NCBI GenBank assembly: GCA_963730185.1
Contig: CAVSQW010000008.1
Location: forward strand, 288,001 to 352,000
Direction of reading: 5' to 3'
Origin: an uncultured Gemmatimonadales bacterium
Lineage (GTDB): Bacteria > Gemmatimonadota > Gemmatimonadetes > Gemmatimonadales > GWC2-71-9
Length of the DNA stretch: 64,000 nt
The position numbers and the translations under genes were made by a program. Below the pieces are notes generated by a model. That model was not told the DNA's origin. It searched no databases and saw only the letters and a list, made by a program, of their open reading frames with translations. Position 1 is the stretch's first letter; every line of letters begins with the position of its first letter. This document shows, one piece after another, positions 20,429 to 30,068 of this stretch.

Positions 20429-22645
20429 ATGCTCCTGACGACCACCGTTCTCACGGCCCTGCTCGCCGCCACCCCCGCCCAGTCGGATTCCGTCGTCGGG
20501 GTCGTCCGGGACGCCGACGGCAAGCCGCTCCACGACGCCCGGGTCAGGCTCGCCGAGCTGCACCGGGAGGTCCGGACGGACGTCGAGGGACGCTTCCGGA
20601 TGCGGGAGCTCGCGCCCGGCCGCTACACCCTGGTGGTGTCGCTCCGGGGTTTCGCCCCGGTGGCCGACCCGATCCAGATTCCCAGGGCCGAGGCGGTCGA
20701 GATCCGGCTGATGCCGTCGCCGTTCGAGGTCGAGCCGCTCACCGTGACCGCCACCCGCGGGCCCTCCACCCCGTTGGCCAGCGTCCAGAGCACGACCGTT
20801 CTGGGCGGCGAGGCGCTGGCCCGGAATCAGAGCGTCGCGGTCGCCACCGCGATCGGAGCCCTGCCCGGAGTTCGGTCAGTGAGCACCGGGCTTCAGATCG
20901 CCAAGCCCGTGATCCGAGGTCTGTCGGGTCAGCGGGTTCTGGTCCTGGAGGACGGTCACCGGTTGGAGGACTATTCCTGGAGCGACGAGGACGGCCCCTC
21001 GATCGACGCCGGGCTGGTCAACCGGGTCGAAGTGGTGCGTGGTCCCGCCAGTCTCCAGTACGGCTCCGACGCTCTGGGCGGTGTGGTCAACGCGGTCGCC
21101 GAAGCGCTGCCCGATGCCACCGGGCAGGCGGCGTTCCGGCGGGGGCGGGCATCGGTCTCGATCGCCTCGAACAACGCCGAGATCGGGACCGCGCTCCGCT
21201 ACGAGGGCGCGAGCGGCGGCCTGGGTTGGCGGCTTGCCGGGGTGGGGCGTCGGGCCGCGAGCCTCCACACCCCGACCGGTGAGCTCGACAACACCGGGTT
21301 CATGGCCATCAACGGCGAGGGCGCGATCGGGATTCGGGGCCCGCGCGGCGAGCTGGCGCTGCGGGTGGCGCGGTACGGCGGCGAGTTCAAGCTGCTCGAG
21401 GCCAACGGGCCGCCTCCGGGCACTGCGGCGGGACAGGATGCCGGCCCGGAACGGAAGGCCAACGACATCCGGGTCCAGGTCGACGGAAACCGGGCCTTCG
21501 GACGCTGGCGGGTGGAGGCCCGGTCGCAGTATCAGACCCACAGCCTGATCGAGGTGTCGGACGAGTTCCCAGGCGGCACGCCGGGCCAGGAGGGCGAGGC
21601 CTTCAATCTCGCCCTCAACACGCTGTCGCTCGACCTCACGGCCGAGCAGGTCACGGCCAGGACCCGGCTGCTCCTGGGCGGCTCCGGGTCGCATCAGACC
21701 AACGATACCAAGGGGCCGATCCCGCTGGTGCCGGACGCCACCACCAACGGCGGCGCCGGCTTCGCGATCGGCGAAGTCCGGCTCGACCGGGTCACGCTCT
21801 CCGGCGGGGCCCGGTTCGACACCCGGCACCTCTCGGCCTCGACCACGCCCGGGGTGCTCGCCACCGCCGACAGCCGGAGCTACACGGCCGGCTCGTTCGG
21901 GCTGGGCATCGCCTACCGGCCGATCTCCCTGGTGTCGTTCACCGCCCACGTCGGGCGGGCCTGGCGGGCCCCCAACCTGTTCGAGCTCTATGCCGACGGT
22001 CCTCAGATCGGCGACGCCCGCTACCTCCAGGGTGACGCCACCCTGGTGCCGGAGCGGAGCCTGGCGGTCGAGGGTGGCGTCAAGGTCCGGGGCGACCGGG
22101 TGGTCGCGGGGATCAACGTCTACTCCAACCGGATCAACGACTACGTCTACTTGACGCCCACGAACCAGACCCAGCAGCAGCTCCCAGGGTACCGCTATCG
22201 GCAGGCCGACGCCCGGCTGACCGGTTTCGAGGCCGAGGTGGAGGTCGATGTCGCCACGCCTCTTACCCTCCATGGTCAGATCGACGGCGTCCGGGCCACC
22301 AACCTGAACACGGACGAGCCGCTCCCCTTGATCCCGCCGATCAGGACGGTGGTGGGCGCCGAGCTCCACGGCCACGTCGGCGGCCGAAGCGCGTACCTCG
22401 GCGCGGACCTGGAGCGGGTCGAGCGTCAGTCCCGGCTCAACCCGCTGGACTACGCGGTCGGGCCGCACACCTTACTCGATCTCGAGGCCGGGGTGGCGGT
22501 CCACGTCGGCGGTCACCCGATCCAGCTCGACCTGATCGCCCGGAACCTCACCAACGCCAGTTACCGGGATTTCCTGAGCCGGTACAAGGAGTTCGCGCTG
22601 AATCCCGGTCGGGACATCCGGTTCCGCGCCACGACCACCTTCTGA
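20429..22645 (+). CDS. TonB-dependent receptor
   Basis: Signal peptide, carboxypeptidase-regulatory-like N domain, KPVIRGL, VEVVRGPASLQYGSDALGGVVN plug, RAPNLFELY, terminal Phe. Confidence 0.93.
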   Translation: MLLTTTVLTALLAATPAQSDSVVGVVRDADGKPLHDARVRLAELHREVRTDVEGRFRMRELAPGRYTLVVSLRGFAPVADPIQIPRAEAVEIRLMPSPFEVEPLTVTATRGPSTPLASVQSTTVLGGEALARNQSVAVATAIGALPGVRSVSTGLQIAKPVIRGLSGQRVLVLEDGHRLEDYSWSDEDGPSIDAGLVNRVEVVRGPASLQYGSDALGGVVNAVAEALPDATGQAAFRRGRASVSIASNNAEIGTALRYEGASGGLGWRLAGVGRRAASLHTPTGELDNTGFMAINGEGAIGIRGPRGELALRVARYGGEFKLLEANGPPPGTAAGQDAGPERKANDIRVQVDGNRAFGRWRVEARSQYQTHSLIEVSDEFPGGTPGQEGEAFNLALNTLSLDLTAEQVTARTRLLLGGSGSHQTNDTKGPIPLVPDATTNGGAGFAIGEVRLDRVTLSGGARFDTRHLSASTTPGVLATADSRSYTAGSFGLGIAYRPISLVSFTAHVGRAWRAPNLFELYADGPQIGDARYLQGDATLVPERSLAVEGGVKVRGDRVVAGINVYSNRINDYVYLTPTNQTQQQLPGYRYRQADARLTGFEAEVEVDVATPLTLHGQIDGVRATNLNTDEPLPLIPPIRTVVGAELHGHVGGRSAYLGADLERVERQSRLNPLDYAVGPHTLLDLEAGVAVHVGGHPIQLDLIARNLTNASYRDFLSRYKEFALNPGRDIRFRATTTF

Positions 22646-22655
22646 TCCAGGCCGG

Positions 22656-23987
22656 TCAGGCCACGGGCAGCGCCTCGTCCGTCTCCTCGAACCGGATTCC
22701 TCGCCGCTCCAGGCCCCTGAGAATCGGTTCGGCCAGGTCCGGCGCGGTGGGGATCTGGACGCCGGTCAGGCTCACCTGCTCGTCGATGATCAGCTCGCAG
22801 GCCAGGGCGGCCGGCAGGCTCACCGTTCGGGCCATGGCGGAGTCGTCGCCGGCCGTCCCCTCCAGCACCATGCGGAGCACCCGGCGGTGGAGGACGTCGT
22901 CCCGGGTGCGATAGTCGATCTGGTGCTCCAGCACCACGACGTCGTGCTCCCCGGGGTCGTAGCCGAGCTTCTGCTCGAGCCGGGTGACGAGGAGATCGAG
23001 CACCGAGATGGCCTCGGCCGGAACCGGCTCGTCGGAGAAGAGCCCGAGCCAGGCGAACCGGTCCAGGATCGGGTCGCTGTCCTCGAGGCCGAGCTTGGTG
23101 GCCACCCGGGACCGGAGCGGCCCCGGGCCCGGCGGCACGAAGTCGGCCACGAGGTCGGCGTAGGTCGCGTCGTCGGAGGGGATCCGGGATGGCGCCAGGA
23201 GCCCGAGCCGGTGCAGGGCGTACCAGGTCGCGCACCAGCCGGGGTAGCGAAGGGTGCCCCGGAAGAAGTTGTCCACCCGCCAGCCCAGGCCGTAGGCGTC
23301 GATGTACTTGAGGCAGTCGCGGTTGGGGTACGACTCGAGGCGTCCCATCCCGGGCACCTCGATGTGGCGCGGCTCGGCGAAATACTCGGGGAAGTGCTGC
23401 GACACGATCCGTCCGTCCTGGAGATACCGCACCTGGTTCCGGGTCGCCACCACCACGCCGCGGGGGCTCCAGGTGAATTTGTAGCCCCACGGATTGGTGT
23501 TGGCGGAGGGCGCCGGCAGGCCGCCGCAATAGGACGCGAAGCGGACGATCGCGCCCCCCAACGCTTCCAACCGCCGGACCTCGGCGGCGGCCGTCATGTG
23601 ATCGATTCCCGGGTCGAGGCCGCACTCGCCCAGCACCAGGACGCCCTTCTGCCGGGCCAGCGGGTCGAGGGCCCGGAGCGACTCGGCGATGTACGACGTG
23701 GTGATCAGCGGCCGCCCGTGCTCCAGGCAGGCGTCGGCGATCAGGATGTGCTGGTTGGCAGGGAGGAGGCTGATCACCACGTCGGCTTCCTGCACCTCGA
23801 CCCGAAGCGACTCCTGATCGGTGGCGTTGACGAGCAGGGCGGTGGCCCGGGGGCGGTCCTGGATCAGATGGCGGGCCCGGTCCACGTTGATGGTGGCGAC
23901 GTGAACCTCGATGTCGGGCCGGCTCAGGAGCTCGTCCAGCAGGGGCTTGACCACCAGGCCGGCGCCCAGCACCAGGACCCGCTTCAT
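22656..23987 (-). CDS. Saccharopine dehydrogenase (glutamate-forming; LYS9/AASS-SDH type)
   Basis: VLVLGAGLV, ECGLDPGIDHM, SYCGGLPAP, NPWGYKFTWSP, YPNRD, RGTLRY, SAMARTV. Start at MKRVLV. Confidence 0.92.
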   Translation of the reverse strand: MKRVLVLGAGLVVKPLLDELLSRPDIEVHVATINVDRARHLIQDRPRATALLVNATDQESLRVEVQEADVVISLLPANQHILIADACLEHGRPLITTSYIAESLRALDPLARQKGVLVLGECGLDPGIDHMTAAAEVRRLEALGGAIVRFASYCGGLPAPSANTNPWGYKFTWSPRGVVVATRNQVRYLQDGRIVSQHFPEYFAEPRHIEVPGMGRLESYPNRDCLKYIDAYGLGWRVDNFFRGTLRYPGWCATWYALHRLGLLAPSRIPSDDATYADLVADFVPPGPGPLRSRVATKLGLEDSDPILDRFAWLGLFSDEPVPAEAISVLDLLVTRLEQKLGYDPGEHDVVVLEHQIDYRTRDDVLHRRVLRMVLEGTAGDDSAMARTVSLPAALACELIIDEQVSLTGVQIPTAPDLAEPILRGLERRGIRFEETDEALPVA

Positions 23988-25237
23988 GCGCCGGCCTCGC
24001 GCAGGTAGTCCTCGAGATAGCGGAACTCGGGGGTCAGCTCGCCCTTGTGGGTCACGGTTGCTCCCAGGATGGCGGCGGGCAGGGCCAGGTGCTCGAACGG
24101 CCGGTCGAAGGCGGCCGCGGCCAGCTCGCCGATGAAGGGGTAGAGCGAGTCGCCGAAGTGGTCGGTGGCGTCTCGGGGAAGTTCGGCCGGCAGGTTGTCG
24201 ACGGCCATGATGGCGGGACCCGGCCCGTCGAATCCGCTCGTCGCTCCGCCGGTGGCGGGGTCGTATACGTAGACGGGGTCGTCTGGGGTGGTCGCCCGGA
24301 CGGTCGCCTCGATCGAGCCTTCGACGTCGCAGGAGATGTCGGCGATCACCTCGAGCTTGGGCCGGCCGCCGGCCCAGAGTCGGACCAGGTCGGCCTGGGA
24401 CACGAGTCGAGGGGTGGCCGGCTGCCAGTAGATCCCGTTCACCAGGAGCGTCAGGTGGGGCAGGTGCCGGGCGAAGTGCTCCCGGTGCATCCGCCGGAAC
24501 ACCACCTTGTAGATGGCGTGCCGGGAGATGTCCGACTTGCTCAGGAAGGCGGGCAGGTCGTCCGGGTCGACCTCGACGATCGGCAGCGCCTCCAGGATCT
24601 GCTGGGCGCCCTGGGAGACGTTCCCCCCGCCGGTAAAGCCGATCACCAGCGGATGGAGCTCCGGCGCGATCCCCACCTCCCTGATCCGGCGGCCGACCCG
24701 CTCGGTCAAGTAGTCGGTCGCGGCCGCGACGCTGCGGTACCGGTGGGCCGGCTCCACGCCCGCGAAGGCGGTGTCGACCCCCCGCTCGGCCAGACGCCGG
24801 CCCAGGGTCCAGAGACCGTCGATCATGCCCGCGTAGCCCGCGTGCCGGCCAAAGAAGATCAGCCGCTCGCCGTAGCGGTCCACGATCGATTCGTAGTCGA
24901 TCAAGGTGCAGCCGTCGGTCAGGAACCGGCGGAGCAGGGGCATGTTGTAGGCCTGGCCCTTGATCACGTGGGAGAACATCAGGTAGGGATGGTCCGGCAC
25001 CAGCTTGGCGATCGGGACCTCCTTCACGCAGAGGATTGCCCGGCAGCCCGTCAGGTCGGCCGTGAGGGTGGCGCCGGCGGCCCGGTAGTCGTCGTCCGGA
25101 TAGACCCGGAAGGGCGAGGGCTCCACGGCCACCCGGAGGCCTCGATCCCGGACCAGTTCGCGGACGTGCCCGGGCGTGAGGGGAGCCCGGCGCTCCCAGC
25201 GGTTCTTGTCTTCCTGCCGGATCCCGATGTGGTACAC
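23984..25237 (-). CDS. Lysine-ketoglutarate reductase (LKR domain of AASS; AlaDH/PNT superfamily)
   Basis: IRQEDKNRWERRAPLTP, FSHVIKGQAYNM, IDYE, FGRHAGYAG, GNVSQGA, DISCD, VDNLPAELP. Confidence 0.9.
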   Translation of the reverse strand: MYHIGIRQEDKNRWERRAPLTPGHVRELVRDRGLRVAVEPSPFRVYPDDDYRAAGATLTADLTGCRAILCVKEVPIAKLVPDHPYLMFSHVIKGQAYNMPLLRRFLTDGCTLIDYESIVDRYGERLIFFGRHAGYAGMIDGLWTLGRRLAERGVDTAFAGVEPAHRYRSVAAATDYLTERVGRRIREVGIAPELHPLVIGFTGGGNVSQGAQQILEALPIVEVDPDDLPAFLSKSDISRHAIYKVVFRRMHREHFARHLPHLTLLVNGIYWQPATPRLVSQADLVRLWAGGRPKLEVIADISCDVEGSIEATVRATTPDDPVYVYDPATGGATSGFDGPGPAIMAVDNLPAELPRDATDHFGDSLYPFIGELAAAAFDRPFEHLALPAAILGATVTHKGELTPEFRYLEDYLREAGA

Positions 25238-25345
25238 CCACCCTCCCCCTGGCGACGCCGGCCCCCGCGGCCGGCGCTCCGAACATAGCCCACCCCTTCC
25301 CCGGTTGCAGCCGGTGGCTCCGCCCGGCGGTGGAGGACCCTCCGG

Positions 25346-26752
25346 CTACGCCGCCGGGAGCCTCAGCGTGAACGCGATGCCGCCGCCGTCCGGGTGCTCC
25401 ACCTCCAGCCGGCCGTGATGGATCTCGGCCGCCCGCTTGGCGATCGCCAGGCCGAGACCGCTCCCGGGCACCGCCGTGTTCCGGCGGGTGAAGCGCTCGA
25501 ACAGGTACTCCACCTGGTCAGGTGGGATTCCAGGACCGAAATCCCGAACCCGAACCCAGCTGGTGGGTGGGGTGGTGTCGTCGCGGCCGGCGCTCACCTC
25601 CACCGGGGCGGGCGCGCCGTGGAACAGCGCGTTCTCGAGGAGGGAGAGGATGGCGCGCTCGATCAGGGTCCGGTTGCCCTGGATCGGCGCCACGTCGAAA
25701 TGCCCGAGCCGGAGGTCGCGATCCTGGGCGACCGGCAGCCGGCGGACCCGGATCAGGAGCTGCGGGACCAGGTCGTCCAGGTAGAGCCGCTCGCTCGCCG
25801 CGGCGGCCGACTCGCTCTCGGTCCGGGTCAGCCAGAGGAGGTCGCCCACCACCGACGCCATCCGGGCGGTCTCGCCGGCAATCACGGCGAGCGCCTGAGC
25901 GTCCGACTCCGCCTCGCGCCGGCCGGCCAAGGCCGCCTCGGCCTCACTCCGGACGATCGCGATCGGTGTCCGGAGCTCGTGGGCGGCGTCCTGGAGGAAG
26001 CGGCGCTGGCGCTCCGACAGCGACCGCTCCCGCTCCAGGGCCTCGGCCAACCGGTCGAGGAGGCGGTTGAACTCGGTCGTCAGCCGACCCAGCTCATCGG
26101 CCACCGGATGAGCGGGGAGCCGGGGAAGGGACCGGGCGCCCTGACCCACCATCGCCCCGATTGCCCCAGCCGACTCGGCCAGCCCCGTCATGGGGCGGAG
26201 CGCCTGGCGGGCCAGCCACAGGCCGGCGAATCCGGCGATGCCGAGCAGCGGGAAGAGGAGCAGCATCGCGATCAGCAAGGCTCGGCGATGGCGGTCCACC
26301 GGGTCGAGCGAGATCGCCACCACCAGGCGGACGCCGCCCGGCAGGATCGTGCCGATCGCCCGGGCCCGACCGGTCGAGGTGTGGATCGTGGTCGGCTCGT
26401 CGCCCACCAGGTCGGGGCGGAGGCTGTCGATCACCGGGGCGCCGACGAAATGCCGGCTCCGGGCGATCTGGCGGCCGTCCGGGGCGAAGGCGACCATCGC
26501 CCGGTCGGCGTAGATCAGCTCGCTGATGACGTGGGCGGCCAGCAGGACCTCGGTCGAGAACTCGCCCCGGTCCTGGGCGTACACGTCCCGCGCCGCCAGC
26601 AGGGTTTCGGTCAAGCTTTGGTCGATGCCGGTGTGGAGGGAACGATCGACCGTCCAGGCGAGCCCGATCCAGCCCGCGAGGAGGAAGAGGGTGAAGCCGG
26701 CGAGATAGAAGCCCGTGAGCCGGACCCGAAGCCCGCGGACGGGATAGCTCAC
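25346..26752 (-). CDS. Sensor histidine kinase (HAMP; OmpR-family partner)
   Basis: DELGRL HAMP, DAAHELRTP H-box, LLENA, DFGPGI, GSGLGL. Confidence 0.92.
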   Translation of the reverse strand: MSYPVRGLRVRLTGFYLAGFTLFLLAGWIGLAWTVDRSLHTGIDQSLTETLLAARDVYAQDRGEFSTEVLLAAHVISELIYADRAMVAFAPDGRQIARSRHFVGAPVIDSLRPDLVGDEPTTIHTSTGRARAIGTILPGGVRLVVAISLDPVDRHRRALLIAMLLLFPLLGIAGFAGLWLARQALRPMTGLAESAGAIGAMVGQGARSLPRLPAHPVADELGRLTTEFNRLLDRLAEALERERSLSERQRRFLQDAAHELRTPIAIVRSEAEAALAGRREAESDAQALAVIAGETARMASVVGDLLWLTRTESESAAAASERLYLDDLVPQLLIRVRRLPVAQDRDLRLGHFDVAPIQGNRTLIERAILSLLENALFHGAPAPVEVSAGRDDTTPPTSWVRVRDFGPGIPPDQVEYLFERFTRRNTAVPGSGLGLAIAKRAAEIHHGRLEVEHPDGGGIAFTLRLPAA

Positions 26753-27432
26753 GCCGATTGGTCGAGGCTGCCCAGGGAGTAGCCGCTGCCCCGCATGGTG
26801 TGGAGGAGAGGAACGTCACCCGGGAGGTCGATCTTCTTCCGAAGCCGGCCGACGTACACGTCGATGATGTTCGAGCCCGGCTCGTGACGCTCGTCCCAGA
26901 GGGCCGCCGTGATCTGCGACCGGGAGAGCACCTCGCCCGGGTGGCGGGCCAGGAACTCGAGCAAGGCGTACTCGGTGGTGGTGAGATCGATCGACCGCAT
27001 TCCCCGCCGCGCGATCCGGCCGCGGGTGTCGACCTCGAGGTCGGCCACCATCAGGATGTCGGGCCGAATCTGCGGGGTGCGCCGGGTCACCGCGCGGAGG
27101 CGGGCCAGGAGCTCTTCCAGCGCGAACGGCTTGACCAGGTAGTCGTCGGCGCCGAGGTCGAGTCCCCGGACCCGATCCTCGACCGAATCCCGAGCGGTGA
27201 TGATCAGAATCGGAGTCTCCAGTCCCTCGGTCCGGAGGTCCTGAGCCAGCCGGAACCCCGACCCGTCGGGCAGACCGATGTCCAGCAGGATGGCGTCGAA
27301 CAGGTCGCCCGCGAGCTTGCTCCGGGCGTCGGCGACCCCACCGCTGACGTCCACGGCGTGGGCAGCCTCCCTGAGTCCTTTGGCGAGCGACGCCGCGAGT
27401 CGCGGCTCGTCCTCGATGACGAGTAGGCGCAT
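26749..27432 (-). CDS. OmpR/CusR-family response regulator
   Basis: MRLLVIEDE, LDIGLPDG, GADDYLVKPF, winged helix SNIIDVYVGRLRKKID...HTMRGSGY. Confidence 0.94.
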   Translation of the reverse strand: MRLLVIEDEPRLAASLAKGLREAAHAVDVSGGVADARSKLAGDLFDAILLDIGLPDGSGFRLAQDLRTEGLETPILIITARDSVEDRVRGLDLGADDYLVKPFALEELLARLRAVTRRTPQIRPDILMVADLEVDTRGRIARRGMRSIDLTTTEYALLEFLARHPGEVLSRSQITAALWDERHEPGSNIIDVYVGRLRKKIDLPGDVPLLHTMRGSGYSLGSLDQSA

Positions 27433-27562
27433 GGGGTCTCCGGTAAGTCGCGGAAAGCTCCACTCACCGATGGCCCCGGTCAATACTTCCGGCTCCATTC
27501 GTCGATTCATTTTCGTTTCATGAAGCCAGGCGGCCCGCGGGACGGGTTATGTCCCCAGTCAC

Positions 27563-30001
27563 CTAGTCACCTCGCAACGCCTCCAGCGGCTCCGTCCGGG
27601 CCGCCCGCCGAGCGGGGGCGTCCGCGGCGAGGAACGCGACCCCGAGCAGCAGGGCCGCGATCCCGGCGAACGTAACCGGGTCGAGCGGACTCACGCCGTA
27701 GAGGAGGCTCCGAAGGAGCTGTCCGAGGCCGGCGGCGAGGGCCATTCCGACCGCGAGGCCGACGACGGTGAGCCGGAGGCCGTCTCGGAGCACCAGGCGG
27801 CGGACGGCGCTTTCGCGAGCGCCGAGCGCGAGGCGGATGCCGAGCTCGCGGCGGCGGAGGCTCACGCCATAGGCCAGCACGCCGTAGAGGCCGATCGCCG
27901 CGAGCAGGAGCCCGACCACGCCGAAGGCGCCGGCCAGGCCGGCGGCGATCCGGTTGGGCAGGAGCGCGATCGAAGTCATCTGCTCGAGCGGGGCGTTGGC
28001 CGCGAGCGGAAGGTCCGGCGCGATCGAGTGAACCAGGTCTCGGACCGGTCCGGTCAGGTCGCGCCCGTCGCCCGCGATCAGGAGCGAGAGCGCGTTGCGG
28101 GTGGTCTGGGCCAGGGGGACATAAACCATCGGGATCGGATCCTCGCCGACCGATCGGTACTTGGCGTCGCGGGCCACGCCGATCACGGTGACGGGCGTGG
28201 TGGTCTTGAAGCCGCCGTAGCCGAGTGGTTTCCCGACCGGGTCGTCGTTGCCCCAGATCTGGTGCGCCAGCGTCTGGTTCACGATCACCACGACGGGAGC
28301 GCCGGCCCGATCGGTGGCGGCGAAGGCCCGGCCCCGAACCAGCGGAATGCCCATGGTCTGGAAGAACCCGGGCGACACGTCGGTGAAGTCGGTTGCGAAG
28401 AGGCCGACGTTGGGCTCCTGCGCCCGGTCGGGGACGGAGACGCCGGTGCCCTGGTTGGACAGGGTCAGCGGCAGGAGGTCGGTCAGTCCGGCCGATCGGA
28501 CGCCGGGCAGCGCCCGGGCCCGCTCCAGGAGGGTCTCGCCGAAGCGGGCCACCTGGTCCGGCGTCCACGCCATGACCTGGAGCTCGAAGCTGGCGGCGTG
28601 CACGCCGGCGGGCTCGAAGCCGATGTTGACGGACGACGCCGCGCCCAGGGCCCGGGTCATGAGGCCGGCGGCCACGAGCAGGACCACCGACGCCGCCACC
28701 TGGGCCACCACGAACACGCTCCGGAGGCCGAGCTTCCCGCCGGCGGTGGTCGCCGCCTCGTTCTTGAGGCCCCGGACCAGGTCGGTCCGGCCCGCCTGGC
28801 GGGCCGGAATCAGCCCGACCAGGACGCCGGTGGCGAGGGCGATCAGGAAGGTGATTGCCAGGACCGGGCCGTCGAGGTGGAAGTCGAGGGCCAGCGGGAC
28901 CGGGATCGGAAGCGGGGCCCGGGTCAGGGCCCCAGTGGCCAGCTCGGCGAGGGCCAGCCCGAGACCGCCGCCCAGGAGGAAGAGGAGGAGGCTCTCGGTC
29001 ACCAGCTGCTGAAGCAGCCGGGCCCGCGACGCGCCCAAGGCAAGTCGGACGGCGATCTCCTTCCTCCGGCTGACGGCCCGAGCCAGGAGCACGCTGGCGA
29101 CGTTGACGCAGACGATCAGCAGGACCACGCCGGCCAGCACCAGGAGGAGGCCGAAGAAGCCTACGATCGGGAGCGCCGCCTGAGCCGGGATCGGGTGGAA
29201 CGCTCGTACATCGACCTGCCGGTCGACCTCGAGCCCATTGGCCCGGCCGATCGTGGTGGCCAGGTTGCTGAGCTCGGAGCCGACCGCCTCGCGGGTCGCG
29301 CCGGGGGCCAGCCGTCCGACCACCTCCAGCCACGACGCCCGCCGCTCGTCGAGCTGGGCGCTCTCCCCGGTCAACCCGGCCTGGCTGAGCGGCAGGAAGA
29401 CCGAGACGTCGAGCGGCGCCAGATGCCCGTGAAAGCCCGGCTCCGCCACCCCGACCACCGTCACCGGGTGCCCGTTCAGGCTGAGCGCCCGGCCGATCAT
29501 GGCCGAGTCGGCGGCGAACTGGGTCCGCCAGGCCGTTTCGGTCAACACCGCCACCGGCGCCGCGCCCGGCCGATCGTCGTCGGGCACGAAGAGCCGGCCC
29601 AGGAGCGGCCGGGTCCCGAGGACGGAGAGGTAGTTGCCCGACACCACCATCCCCATCCGGAGCACGGGGTCGCCGATGCTCCGGAGGCTGGCGGGGAAGG
29701 TGGACCAGGCGGCCAGATCGACGTGCTCGGCCGCGGCGGACCGGTAGTCGCGGAAGTCCGGCGCCGAGAAGGCGTGGAAGCTGGAGCCGTCCCGGCTCTT
29801 GGCGTGGGCGGTGACCAGCCGGTCGGCGTCGCGCACTCCGGCCGGCGAGCGGAGCAGGAGGCCGTTGGCCGCGCTGATGATGGTGCTGGTGGCTCCGATG
29901 CCGAGGCCGATGGTGACGACGGTGACCAGGGTGAAGATTGGCGACTGACCGAGGCCGCGGATCGCGAGACGGAGGTCGCGGAGCCAGCTGCTCATCGACA
30001 T
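27563..30001 (-). CDS. ADOP-family (duplicated MacB/FtsX) ABC transporter permease
   Basis: LRDLRLAIRGL, GLGIGATSTI, two RRKEIAVRLALGA / RRRELGIRLALGA repeats, C-terminal PLEALR. Start at 30001 or 29995. Confidence 0.9.
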   Translation of the reverse strand: MSMSSWLRDLRLAIRGLGQSPIFTLVTVVTIGLGIGATSTIISAANGLLLRSPAGVRDADRLVTAHAKSRDGSSFHAFSAPDFRDYRSAAAEHVDLAAWSTFPASLRSIGDPVLRMGMVVSGNYLSVLGTRPLLGRLFVPDDDRPGAAPVAVLTETAWRTQFAADSAMIGRALSLNGHPVTVVGVAEPGFHGHLAPLDVSVFLPLSQAGLTGESAQLDERRASWLEVVGRLAPGATREAVGSELSNLATTIGRANGLEVDRQVDVRAFHPIPAQAALPIVGFFGLLLVLAGVVLLIVCVNVASVLLARAVSRRKEIAVRLALGASRARLLQQLVTESLLLFLLGGGLGLALAELATGALTRAPLPIPVPLALDFHLDGPVLAITFLIALATGVLVGLIPARQAGRTDLVRGLKNEAATTAGGKLGLRSVFVVAQVAASVVLLVAAGLMTRALGAASSVNIGFEPAGVHAASFELQVMAWTPDQVARFGETLLERARALPGVRSAGLTDLLPLTLSNQGTGVSVPDRAQEPNVGLFATDFTDVSPGFFQTMGIPLVRGRAFAATDRAGAPVVVIVNQTLAHQIWGNDDPVGKPLGYGGFKTTTPVTVIGVARDAKYRSVGEDPIPMVYVPLAQTTRNALSLLIAGDGRDLTGPVRDLVHSIAPDLPLAANAPLEQMTSIALLPNRIAAGLAGAFGVVGLLLAAIGLYGVLAYGVSLRRRELGIRLALGARESAVRRLVLRDGLRLTVVGLAVGMALAAGLGQLLRSLLYGVSPLDPVTFAGIAALLLGVAFLAADAPARRAARTEPLEALRGD

Positions 30002-30068
30002 GACCTTGGGAGGGTGGGAGCCGACCCTACGGCCGCGAGCGGGGCCTTGTTTCAGGCCGAAACCAGGG

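Noticed and set aside
27563..30001. Permease without an ATPase as a novel transporter
   Set aside because: Orphan duplicated permeases of this type are a known, commonly expanded family.
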